Source: an uncultured Chloroflexia bacterium (lineage in GTDB: Bacteria > Chloroflexota > Anaerolineae > Anaerolineales > Anaerolineaceae). Taken from it: a stretch of DNA of 32,000 bases. The first letter of the stretch is position 1, and each line of letters starts with the position of its first letter. This document shows positions 1-8,315 of this stretch, one piece after another. A program made the translations under genes and the position numbers. The notes under the pieces are model-generated. The model saw nothing but the letters and a program-made list of their open reading frames with translations, was not told the DNA's origin and did not search any database. The stretch spans positions 810,001 to 842,000 of the forward strand of contig OY969938.1 in the NCBI GenBank assembly GCA_963704755.1, given 5' to 3'.

Positions 1-302
1 ACCACCGGCATCGATTGCCAATCTGCCGCATCGCATTTTGGCTGGTAATGGGTCGGCAGTGCGGTTGGGGTAAACTGCCAGGTCGATGTGGGCCCGGGTG
101 TGATCGTGGGGATCAACGGTTCGCTCGGATCGGTTTGGACGGGGTTCGTCTCTGTAGATTGGCTCGCGGCCGGATAAGGAGAAACCAGGGTCGCGGTGGC
201 GGCGCCTTGATGGGCCGCGACCGGGCTGCCCGAACAGCTATTCATCACCAGGCCGAACAGGATTACGCCGACGACAACCGCAAACTGGCGAGAATGGTTC
301 AT
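1..302 (-). CDS. secreted lipoprotein, N-terminal part only (C-terminus runs off the left edge)
   Basis: ATG at 302 with GAGGAG 5 nt upstream. The frame stays open to position 1. The N-terminus MNHSRQFAVVVGVILFGLVMNSCSG is a signal peptide with a lipobox-like Cys, followed by a P/T-rich mature region. It is absent from the ORF track because there is no in-window stop. It lies 25 nt downstream of the FHA gene on the same strand. Confidence 0.6.
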   Translation of the reverse strand, partial: MNHSRQFAVVVGVILFGLVMNSCSGSPVAAHQGAATATLVSPYPAASQSTETNPVQTDPSEPLIPTITPGPTSTWQFTPTALPTHYQPKCDAADWQSMPV

Positions 303-327
303 TGCTGCTCCTCTACGATGGCTCGGT

Positions 328-1014
328 TTATTTTCTGGAAGGATTATCCAGCCTCAGTCCGTAGCCACGCACGGTGACCAGGAAGCTGTGATTTGGATCG
401 AGGACTGCAATCCGGTCCCGCAGCCGCCGGATCAGCGCATCCAGCGCCTGCTCCGAAACACCCACGGCGGCATCATCGCTCCACACCGAAACTACCAGAT
501 CTTGCCGCGAAACCACCTTGCCTTCGGCATTGAACAGGGCTTCCAACAAACGAAACTGCGGCACCGAGAGCGGTGGTAAAAGCTCGCGCTCATCGATCCA
601 TACTCGCCGGGAAAGTTTATCCAGGTAAAGACGGAGTGCAGGCCGCTCCTCGTTTTCTGGCTCGAAAAAGCCCGGTCTTCCAGACCCTAACGGGACGGTC
701 GCATCCGAGCTCAAATAAACAAAATTTTGGACCATGGCAATTTGGATGGTGTCGCCATCCTGCAGCCGCATCGGTTCCGTGACCGGCACACCGTTGAGGT
801 AGGTGCCGTTTTTACTGGAAAGGTCTTCCAAGACCAGGTTTTCATCCTGCGCGGACAAGCGCGCATGATAACGTGACACCTGGCGATCCGGGATAATGAC
901 ATCACAGGATTCGTCCCGGCCGATAACCGTGTCTTTTACGATCACCCAACGTTCGCCATTCAAAGGACCACTCTGGCCAATCAAAATAGGCAAATCTTCG
1001 TTTGAATGATCCAT
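328..1014 (-). CDS. FHA-domain protein fused to a C-terminal OmpR/PhoB-type winged-helix DNA-binding domain
   Basis: 228-aa ORF. The N-terminal FHA pattern is IGRD..CDV.I.D..VSRYHA...........EDL.SKNGTYLNG. The C-terminal Trans_reg_C-like pattern is QFRLLEAL......VVSRQDL...VW.......SEQALDALIRRLRDRI.........TVRGYGLRL. GGAGGA lies 8 nt before the ATG. Confidence 0.85.
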   Translation of the reverse strand: MDHSNEDLPILIGQSGPLNGERWVIVKDTVIGRDESCDVIIPDRQVSRYHARLSAQDENLVLEDLSSKNGTYLNGVPVTEPMRLQDGDTIQIAMVQNFVYLSSDATVPLGSGRPGFFEPENEERPALRLYLDKLSRRVWIDERELLPPLSVPQFRLLEALFNAEGKVVSRQDLVVSVWSDDAAVGVSEQALDALIRRLRDRIAVLDPNHSFLVTVRGYGLRLDNPSRK

Positions 1015-1072
1015 GTAGCAGTTCCTCCGGGATTTTCAAGGTCATTGTAACCACTCAGGTTGGTGAAATAAG

Positions 1073-1128
1073 TTCTCGAATTTGGCATGTTCCGGAATTA
1101 TCGCCCCCGCCACCCTACCAAATTCGAG
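1073..1128. repeat. 12-bp perfect inverted repeat TCTCGAATTTGG / CCAAATTCGAGA with a 32-nt spacer, in the divergent FHA-kinase intergenic region
   Basis: Read directly from the sequence: 1073..1084 pairs with 1117..1128. The arm resembles the arm of the palindrome at 30809 (TCCCGAATTTGAGG). Confidence 0.8.
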
Positions 1129-1291
1129 ATTCATTCTCATCAGGCTGATCAGTTACAGGTCGTTAAAACATACCTGTACGGTATAATATATCAAAGATTC
1201 AGAAATTTGTGTTGTTGCAAGCCCTTTCTTTCTGGTAATACGCCGAAATAAAGCCAGAATACTTCAAGGAATCTTACGCCAGGAACAGGTC

Positions 1292-2275
1292 ATGCCGTTA
1301 CCCTTAAAGTCAGGGGAAGTGCTGCGCGGCCGCTATAAGGTCGCCCGCATCATTGGGCAAGGTGGGATGGGAAGCATCTACCTTGCTGATGATCTCCGCC
1401 TGGAAGGCCGTCAATGTGCGCTCAAAGAAGTCGAACATGACCGCTCTCTCCCCCCCGAGATCGTCCAGGAAGCCCGCGATCAATTTTTCCGCGAGGCTAC
1501 CGTTCTAGCACGCCTGGACCATCCCAATCTGCCCAAAGTTTCTGACTTTTTCTCGATCAGCACCCGTGATTACCTGGTGATGGATTTCGTTCCTGGCCAC
1601 GACCTGCGCACCTTAATGGTCGAGGCGCGTTCGGCCAACCGTTTCTTGCCGGAAGCGCAGGTGCTCAACTGGGCCGATCAACTGGCCAGCGCGCTGTCTT
1701 ATTTACACAGCCAGGATCCACCGATCCTGCACCGCGATATCAAGCCAAGCAATTTGAAAGTCACCCCGGCCGGGGTGCTGAAACTGGTCGACTTTGGATT
1801 GGTCAAGCTCCTCGCACCCGGTGAAGTCACCATAACCGTCCTGCAAGGCCAGGGAACGGCGTTATACACGCCCCTGGAGCAATATGGTGGCGACAGCGGC
1901 CACACCGACGTACGCAGCGATATATATGCCTTTGGGGCCACGCTGTACCATCTGCTGACCAACGAATCGCCCCCGGACGCACGGGAACGATTCTTGAACC
2001 CGCAGCAGTTCATTCCTCCACGTCAAATCAACCCGGATATCAGTTCGCGCACCGAACGGGCGGTATTTTGGGCCATGGGGCTCCATCCATCCGAGCGGCC
2101 GGATACGGTAAAGGATTTTCGCGATGCCCTGTTGGGCGATCGGATCACGATACCCCGCGTCGTTTCCGATGTCAGCTCACCCTGGCATTTCTTGAGTTTT
2201 CCGCTGGAAAGATCCCTGGTCGCAATCACCTTCGGGTTGATGCTGATCAGTTTAATCCTGACTTTGATCCATTGA
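1292..2275 (+). CDS. Hanks-type Ser/Thr protein kinase, C-terminally membrane-anchored, no visible sensor ectodomain
   Basis: 327 aa. Gly-rich loop [12 protein letters not shown] lysine, catalytic loop HRDIKPSNL, and DFG. There is a single hydrophobic tail [19 protein letters not shown] at the extreme C-terminus. Confidence 0.9.
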   Translation: MPLPLKSGEVLRGRYKVARIIGQGGMGSIYLADDLRLEGRQCALKEVEHDRSLPPEIVQEARDQFFREATVLARLDHPNLPKVSDFFSISTRDYLVMDFVPGHDLRTLMVEARSANRFLPEAQVLNWADQLASALSYLHSQDPPILHRDIKPSNLKVTPAGVLKLVDFGLVKLLAPGEVTITVLQGQGTALYTPLEQYGGDSGHTDVRSDIYAFGATLYHLLTNESPPDARERFLNPQQFIPPRQINPDISSRTERAVFWAMGLHPSERPDTVKDFRDALLGDRITIPRVVSDVSSPWHFLSFPLERSLVAITFGLMLISLILTLIH

Positions 2276-5060
2276 GCCTTTTGCCCATCGCGGGCTTTTG
2301 TTTCAAGCGCATCTGCCACAACCAGCCTATCAACCACCCGACCAGCGTCCCGGTCAATGTGGCCACCATAACTCCTTTGGTGCCCCCATCCAGGAAACGG
2401 TTGATTGGAATGATCCAGCCGATGTTGAGGTAGATATAGGCCAGCATCCCGCCGGTCGCGGCCATCAGGCCCCAGCGCACCCCCCAGCGCAGCGAAATCA
2501 TCCGCTGCCCGACGAAGAAAATCGCAGCCGCGGCTACCCAGACCAGTATCGTCGCCAGGAACCAATCGCTCACTTTAGGCACGAACGGCTCAGCTACTAC
2601 CAGGGTTGCGGTTGGGGTTGGAGAAGGCAGTTGCGTGGCCGTTGGTTCAGGCGTTTCGGTTGGTTCCAGGGTGGGGATGAAGGTCGATATCAGCGCACCG
2701 CCATTATTCAAGGTGATCTTTTGGGAGATCGTGGCCGGTTCGCTGACGACCGTGATTTCCAGGTTGGCCACCGAGGTGATCTTGTAAGAAGCCGAAGCGA
2801 CCCCATCGGTGGTGACCGTATCGATTTGCTGCGGATTACCACCTTCGCTGACGTTGGTGATCAAAAAGTTAACCACAGTCCCATCCGGCACCGGGTGGCC
2901 GTTGTGGTCCAGGATCACCCCGGTGTGGAACGCAATCGTATCACCTATGGTAAATGCGGGCGTTGCGGTGACTTCCGGGGTTGCGGTCAGCGAGGTCGCG
3001 GTAGGCGTCTGCTGCACCAGGGGTAAATTCAGGATCAAGGGGATTACCTGGTTCGGATCCGGTGAAGTGATATCGATGATGTCGTACCCTACCCCGGGGA
3101 TCGACACCGGCGAGGCGCCGTTAGGGGTAATCTCCTGGTAGAGCACCCGCGCGGCCATATCCACAAACGGGCTGGTCTTGCTGAACAGCCCATAATAAGC
3201 TGTGACTTTGGATATGTCGGTGGCGTCCAGGTAGTAAGGCGCGCCGAATGAGAACACGATTACTTTTTTATTGCGCAGCAGGTCGGCCCGGTCGGAAAGT
3301 ACGCGTTTTAATGCCGTCGAATTAGGATCGTTCTGGTTGACACTCGAGAGCGCGAACACCACCCAACCGGCTTCGTTCAAATTTATTCCCAGGGTCGGTA
3401 CACCATCGGGACCATTCAGATAGGTATCCAGGTCCTGGAAGGTGTACGTCGAGAGGTAGCCCTCGTTGACCGTACCTCCTGCGGCCGGTCCATACAAACG
3501 CATAATGGCATTCTTGAGCGAATCGACCGCCAATACGTCCTGGGGTTGGCAGGTACTACATTGGGTGCCGCTGACAACATCGGTGAAAAAGATGATATGG
3601 TCGCGCGCCTCGGGCGGCTGGGGTAATACAACATCCAGGTCGGTCGCGTCAGGGTTGATCAGCGTGACCGCTTCCTGGGCCACGCCGAACATCGCCGACT
3701 GGGACGTGCCCACCTGGTTAAGCAGGCTGGTGCCCGGCAGCACCTGATCGATGCGGAAGTTGCCGTACATGCGGTATTTCAAGGTCAGCAGCTTGAGCAC
3801 CGACTGATCCACCCGCTGGGCAAAAGCCGGGTCTTCACGGTATTTCTGGGCAAACGATTCCAGCGTATGCGAAATAGTAGTGTAACTGTCCGCATCGGTT
3901 GGATCGACGAAATTATTCAAATAGAGCAGGTCGTTGCCGGCGTTGAAGGCGTTGCGGGCAATCGTGCGCGCATCGAAGGTCTTCATGGTGGGGTCGTAGA
4001 ACTTGCGGACCGCGTTGCTGCCCAGGCTGTCGCTGACGATGACCCCGCCCGACTGGTACCATTGCGCAGCCGGCTCCAGGTTAAGCACCAGCTTCATCGC
4101 ATCCGCGTCCAGACTGATGGGAGGGGTAATTTCGCGGATGTTCTCTTGCAAGCCCTGATAGCGAATGTGCGAGACCAGCACCCCATCCAGGCGGGTGACC
4201 GGGTCGCTGGTATCCGCCATGGCGGCGAAGAAAGGTGCCAGTTCGATCTGCTTCAAGGCATCCAGCGATTTGCGTACTGTGGCCACTTCCTCTTCCGGCG
4301 GGCGGTCGGAACTGCCTCGTCCAGGGAAATTCTTGGCGATCACGGCAATCTGGTCCTGGCTGCCCTCGTGCAAGCCCTTGATATAGGCTTTGCCCATAAC
4401 CCCAACCCAATAAGGGTCGCCACCGAAGGTCTGCACGCCCAGGTCATCGCCTGTGGTATTGACCACATCCAGCACGTCCAATGACGGTCCCAGGAACAGG
4501 TTGAAGCCCATGTCGTGCAGCTCCTCGCCCATAACCTTGCCGACCGATTCGGCCTGGCTCGGGTCCCAGGTTGCTCCAATGGACATCTCACTGGGCAGCT
4601 CGGTCATCCCGTTGAGAATCTGGTCGTTGGGGGCCGAATCGCCTTCTTGCGAAATACCGACGAACAGAGGCACGTAGGCCGGGGGTGTGTCCGATGTGCC
4701 CGCGCGTTGCGAGGCGTCCCAGGCGATGGTTTGCAGGGCCCGGATCAGCTCGGCCGCTTTCGAGACCGTATCGGTCGGCCCGGTGAAATTGTCGTTGTCG
4801 GCCCGCAGGACCACCCCGCCCACATGATAATTGACGATCAAATTATAAATATCCGAGTTCATGGTGGCGTCGGTCCCGGTGAAGGAGACCAGAAAGAGCT
4901 GGCCTACCTTTTCTTCCGGAGTCATCGTCGCCATCAGCGCCCGCGCTTGCGAAGCCGGGTCATTGGCCTGGGCAGCGGCAGCCGCATCCACCTGACGGGT
5001 GGAACCCACAATCAGCGACAAAATGAGCGGAATAAGGACAACCAGCGACAATTTTCTCAT
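2247..5060 (-). CDS. glycoside hydrolase family 3 (NagZ-like fold) exo-glycosidase with PT-linkers, an Ig-like module and a C-terminal multi-TM anchor
   Basis: 937-aa ORF. Signal peptide [21 protein letters not shown]3 N-domain motifs KNFPGRG and IVSDSLG. There are two PT-rich linkers and about three hydrophobic helices at the C-terminus. The 3' end overlaps the kinase 3' end by 29 nt. Confidence 0.8.
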   Translation of the reverse strand: MRKLSLVVLIPLILSLIVGSTRQVDAAAAAQANDPASQARALMATMTPEEKVGQLFLVSFTGTDATMNSDIYNLIVNYHVGGVVLRADNDNFTGPTDTVSKAAELIRALQTIAWDASQRAGTSDTPPAYVPLFVGISQEGDSAPNDQILNGMTELPSEMSIGATWDPSQAESVGKVMGEELHDMGFNLFLGPSLDVLDVVNTTGDDLGVQTFGGDPYWVGVMGKAYIKGLHEGSQDQIAVIAKNFPGRGSSDRPPEEEVATVRKSLDALKQIELAPFFAAMADTSDPVTRLDGVLVSHIRYQGLQENIREITPPISLDADAMKLVLNLEPAAQWYQSGGVIVSDSLGSNAVRKFYDPTMKTFDARTIARNAFNAGNDLLYLNNFVDPTDADSYTTISHTLESFAQKYREDPAFAQRVDQSVLKLLTLKYRMYGNFRIDQVLPGTSLLNQVGTSQSAMFGVAQEAVTLINPDATDLDVVLPQPPEARDHIIFFTDVVSGTQCSTCQPQDVLAVDSLKNAIMRLYGPAAGGTVNEGYLSTYTFQDLDTYLNGPDGVPTLGINLNEAGWVVFALSSVNQNDPNSTALKRVLSDRADLLRNKKVIVFSFGAPYYLDATDISKVTAYYGLFSKTSPFVDMAARVLYQEITPNGASPVSIPGVGYDIIDITSPDPNQVIPLILNLPLVQQTPTATSLTATPEVTATPAFTIGDTIAFHTGVILDHNGHPVPDGTVVNFLITNVSEGGNPQQIDTVTTDGVASASYKITSVANLEITVVSEPATISQKITLNNGGALISTFIPTLEPTETPEPTATQLPSPTPTATLVVAEPFVPKVSDWFLATILVWVAAAAIFFVGQRMISLRWGVRWGLMAATGGMLAYIYLNIGWIIPINRFLDGGTKGVMVATLTGTLVGWLIGWLWQMRLKQKPAMGKRLNGSKSGLN

Positions 5061-5189
5061 ACCAATGCCTGAGCTAACTCCTTTACATTCTCCTCGAAAA
5101 ATGCTTACCTGCTTTTTTTTTCAGAATCCAAAGCTGTGGCATCCGGCCATTTCCAGTTTACCCGGAAAATCGAGCGGGCCAACCAAAAA

Positions 5190-5942
5190 TCATCCCATTT
5201 CGGCACGGATCTTCATGGCCGTTTGCGGATCATCGGTGAAGACCCCATCCACGCCCATGCTGAACAGTTTTCGTAGATCCTCGGGCCGGTTGACCGTCCA
5301 GACGTGGACCCGGCGGCCAATCCGGTGCTGATCTTGTACATATTCTGCACTGGTGTCTTCCAGGTAAGGGTGAACGATGTGGGGCGAAAACCAGCGCCCG
5401 ACAAAGGAACGGGTCATTCGGCCGCGGGGACCATCCAGGCACAAGATCGCGGCCGGGCAGGCCGGTAAAAGCCGGCGAACTTTGACCAAATTGAGCGGAT
5501 TGAACGACGAAAACATCACTCCGTCTTGTAAATTGTGCTTTTTTACCAGCTCGGCTACCTTGGGGACTAATTCATCACCCGCGGAGGCATAATTGGTCAG
5601 TTCTACATTGATAAAAATCTTCCCGCCGACCTCGACAAATACCTGGTCCAAAGTTGGAATCGGCTCACGAGAAAATTTTCCATCGAATTTGCAGCCTGCG
5701 TCCAGGTGCTGTAAATAATCCAGCTTGAGCTGGTTGACCTTCCCGGTCCCATCCGTGGTCCGGTCGACACTCTGGTCATGAATGACCATAACGTGGCCAT
5801 CCGCGGACATTTTGGCGTCCAGTTCAATGGCATCTGCCCCAATTTCGACGGCCAGTTTGAATGAAGATAAAGTGTTCTCAGGAGCAAAGGCAGAAGCTCC
5901 CCGGTGTGCAAAGATGACAGGGCGATGCAGGGATTCAAGCAT
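5190..5942 (-). CDS. glycerophosphodiester phosphodiesterase (GdpD/GlpQ family)
   Basis: Motifs FAHRGAS..APENTL, ELD and VIHD are typical of GDPD. The ATG at 5942 lies 2 nt after the upstream ATPase stop. An alternative GTG at 5948 overlaps that stop. Confidence 0.85.
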   Translation of the reverse strand: MLESLHRPVIFAHRGASAFAPENTLSSFKLAVEIGADAIELDAKMSADGHVMVIHDQSVDRTTDGTGKVNQLKLDYLQHLDAGCKFDGKFSREPIPTLDQVFVEVGGKIFINVELTNYASAGDELVPKVAELVKKHNLQDGVMFSSFNPLNLVKVRRLLPACPAAILCLDGPRGRMTRSFVGRWFSPHIVHPYLEDTSAEYVQDQHRIGRRVHVWTVNRPEDLRKLFSMGVDGVFTDDPQTAMKIRAEMG

Positions 5943-5944
5943 TA

Positions 5945-7285
5945 TCACAACTCTACAAAATAGGATTCGGCTGCGCGGTCGATCAATTCTCGGGTCATTT
6001 CAGGTTCCATGCCCAGGTAATGAGAAATATCCAGGATCTGGTCGCAAAGATCCCGCGGGTGAGACGCGCGCAGCTTGCGGTTCTTTTTAATATAATGTTC
6101 TTGGAGCAGGTACGCCAGCCCTTGATCGCTGTACGTGACGCCTTTTTGGATGGCTACCCGTTTAAAGATCTCGCGATAGTCTTCGTAGGAAGGATCGCCA
6201 ATTTCCAGCTTGTGGCGTAAGCGTCGCAGGAAGGCTTCATCCACCAGATCTTTTGGCGGCAGGTTGGTCGAAAAAATAACCAGCACATCGAAAGGGATCT
6301 CGAATTTGCGCCCGGTATGCAACGACATGTAATCGATGCGATTTTCCAGCGGCACGATCCAGCGGTTCAACAGGTCACGCGGGCGCACTTGCTGGCGGCC
6401 AAAGTCGTCGATCAGCAAAATACCACCGTTGGCTTTGACTTGAAAAGGCGCCTCGTAATATTTGGAGGTGTCATCGAAAACCAGGTCCAGGCCGGCCATA
6501 GTCAACTCACCACCGGTGACGATAAACGGCCGGCGGATCTGTACCCAGCGCGGGTCGCGGCGGGTGCCGGTGCGCAGCGATCCGGTGCCCACGGCGGTGG
6601 CATCTTCCTCGTCGGCCAACTGGTGATTGACCGAATCGTACAACTTGATCACCTGGCCATCCACGTAAATGGCGTAAGGGATAAACATTTTTTGGGCCTG
6701 GATCAGGTTCCCGACGGCGCGGGCCACAGTAGTCTTGCCATTTCCAGGTGGGCCGTAAAGAAAGATGGATGTACCCGAGTTCACAGCCGGGCCAAGCTGC
6801 TGGTACGCCCGTTCCGAAAGGACCACATGCGAAAGCACCTGGCGCATCACCCGGCTGGTTACCTGCAGGCGGCCGCGGGATTGGCGCCGGATCGCATCGT
6901 TGTAGGCGTTCAAAGGCACTGGAGCCGGCCCGGCGTACTGGCTGCGGTCCAGCGCTTCACGGGCGTGAGCAATGCCGGCGCCTGTGATGGCATAAACGTA
7001 AGCCCCTTCGCCCAGTCCCATCTGCGAAGAGCGCACCTCGATCATTTTTTCACGCTTGAGCGCTTCCAAAATCTGGTCCAGAACGCTGGTAAAAGGTAGC
7101 GCGATCTCCTCGGCCAGCTTGAAACCACTCATGTACCCTTGAAAATAAAGAATTTTCAGAACCAAATCCTGCAGCCACAACGGTGACAGGCCCGTATCCT
7201 CCACGCTGGAAACAGGTGGCGGTGAAAACGGCGCACTCGTCGGGTGGGATGGAGTCATCGTTGCAGACCGAATGGGATTACTCAT
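5945..7285 (-). CDS. AAA+ family ATPase with an N-terminal winged-helix-like domain
   Basis: Walker A LYGPPGNGKTT, Walker B ILLIDDFGRQ, and arginine-rich DEAFLRRL. The ATG at 7285 is preferred over the track start at 7309 because GGGAGGAG lies about 5 nt upstream. Confidence 0.8.
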   Translation of the reverse strand: MSNPIRSATMTPSHPTSAPFSPPPVSSVEDTGLSPLWLQDLVLKILYFQGYMSGFKLAEEIALPFTSVLDQILEALKREKMIEVRSSQMGLGEGAYVYAITGAGIAHAREALDRSQYAGPAPVPLNAYNDAIRRQSRGRLQVTSRVMRQVLSHVVLSERAYQQLGPAVNSGTSIFLYGPPGNGKTTVARAVGNLIQAQKMFIPYAIYVDGQVIKLYDSVNHQLADEEDATAVGTGSLRTGTRRDPRWVQIRRPFIVTGGELTMAGLDLVFDDTSKYYEAPFQVKANGGILLIDDFGRQQVRPRDLLNRWIVPLENRIDYMSLHTGRKFEIPFDVLVIFSTNLPPKDLVDEAFLRRLRHKLEIGDPSYEDYREIFKRVAIQKGVTYSDQGLAYLLQEHYIKKNRKLRASHPRDLCDQILDISHYLGMEPEMTRELIDRAAESYFVEL

Positions 7286-7533
7286 TGGTCTCCTCCCTGA
7301 AATATACAAGCATCATAACATTAAGGAAAAATAACGATCGAAAAAGAATATGAGACATTCTTGTCCAGCAAAGCTCATCTCCAAATTATAGCACGGCTGA
7401 CTTGTAGATGAAGGGGATCGCAAATACCGCTTCTTTTGGCAAAATGGATGAACAGAAATCCGAAATAGTCATCTTTACGAAGTCTTCGCCCCCGCAAAAA
7501 TATCTTTTTTGAAGTTTTTTATATCCAACTTCC

Positions 7534-7562
7534 TTGTAAGATAAGAATTCCTACCTTATAAT
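7534..7562 (+). promoter_or_regulatory. sigma-70-type promoter TTGTAA-17 nt-TATAAT for the GT2 gene
   Basis: -35 at 7534..7539 and -10 at 7557..7562. The ATG at 7570 starts 8 nt after the -10 and has no SD, which is leaderless geometry. Confidence 0.55.
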
Positions 7563-7569
7563 GCCGTCC

Positions 7570-8253
7570 ATGGAAATTTCAGTCATCATTCCGGTTTACA
7601 ACGAACTCAAGACCATCCGCGAAATCATCAAGCGAGTCAAGAATACTGGCCTGGTCCAGGAGATTTTGGTCGTTGATGATGGTTCTACAGATGGTACCCG
7701 AGAAGTATTAAAAGAATTGGAAAGCCAGGGGGAAATCCGGGTCATCTTCCACGAGAAGAACGCCGGCAAAGGCGCAGCCGTACGCACGGGCATCCAGAAT
7801 GCCAGCAAAGAAATCGCCATCATCCAGGATGCCGATCTGGAATACAACCCCCGCGAATATCCCAATTTGCTCCTGCCCATTCAGGATGGCATCGCCGATG
7901 TGGTCTATGGATCGCGTTTCCTGGGGGCCGGGCGCCGGCCGATCCTTTTCTGGAACATGATCGCCAACAAAATCCTGACCGGGGTCACCAATATCCTCTA
8001 CAACAATATCCTCTCGGATATGGAAACCGGCTACAAAGTTTTTCGCTGCCAGTTGGTCAAGGATATCCCACTGCATGCCCACGGGTTCGAATTCGAACCG
8101 GAATTTACCGCCAAGATCCTCAAGCGGAAGATCCGCATTTACGAAGTACCGATCGCCTTTAATCCGCGCGATTATTCCGAAGGCAAAAAGATCAAAATGA
8201 GCGATGCATTCAAAGCCATGTGGGCTTTGTTTAAGTATCGCTTCGTCGATTAA
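7570..8253 (+). CDS. family 2 glycosyltransferase (polyprenol-phosphate glycosyltransferase / Dpm1-like)
   Basis: MEISVIIPVYNE...VVDDGSTDGT...IQDADLEY is classic GT2. The track start at 7561 is 3 codons upstream and would lie inside the -10 box, so 7570 is preferred. Confidence 0.85.
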   Translation: MEISVIIPVYNELKTIREIIKRVKNTGLVQEILVVDDGSTDGTREVLKELESQGEIRVIFHEKNAGKGAAVRTGIQNASKEIAIIQDADLEYNPREYPNLLLPIQDGIADVVYGSRFLGAGRRPILFWNMIANKILTGVTNILYNNILSDMETGYKVFRCQLVKDIPLHAHGFEFEPEFTAKILKRKIRIYEVPIAFNPRDYSEGKKIKMSDAFKAMWALFKYRFVD

Positions 8254-8265
8254 CGCATTAATTCT

Positions 8266-8312
8266 ATGGAGGTGTTATTCGAGCTGCGAAGCTGCCCAAA
8301 TAACACCTCCAT
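8266..8312. repeat. palindromic element: 14-bp perfect stem ATGGAGGTGTTATT / AATAACACCTCCAT around a GCGAAGC centre
   Basis: 8266..8279 pairs with 8299..8312. The GCGAAGC at 8286..8292 shares the same symmetry centre. It lies between the convergent GT2 and recJ genes. Confidence 0.9.
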
Positions 8313-8315
8313 TCC

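Noticed and set aside
15-377. 120-aa + strand ORF rich in Arg/Gly/Cys
   Set aside because: It is antisense to the well-supported lipoprotein and FHA genes. It has shadow-ORF composition typical of GC-rich DNA, with no RBS and no recognisable motif.
2298-5072. Several long + strand ORFs (242, 205 and 185 aa and others) inside the GH3 gene
   Set aside because: All are antisense shadows of a 937-aa ORF with clear GH3 motifs. Their translations are Arg/Gly/His-rich and low in complexity.
6317-7099. 260-aa + strand ORF
   Set aside because: It is antisense to the AAA+ ATPase gene, which carries Walker A and B motifs, and it has no motifs of its own.
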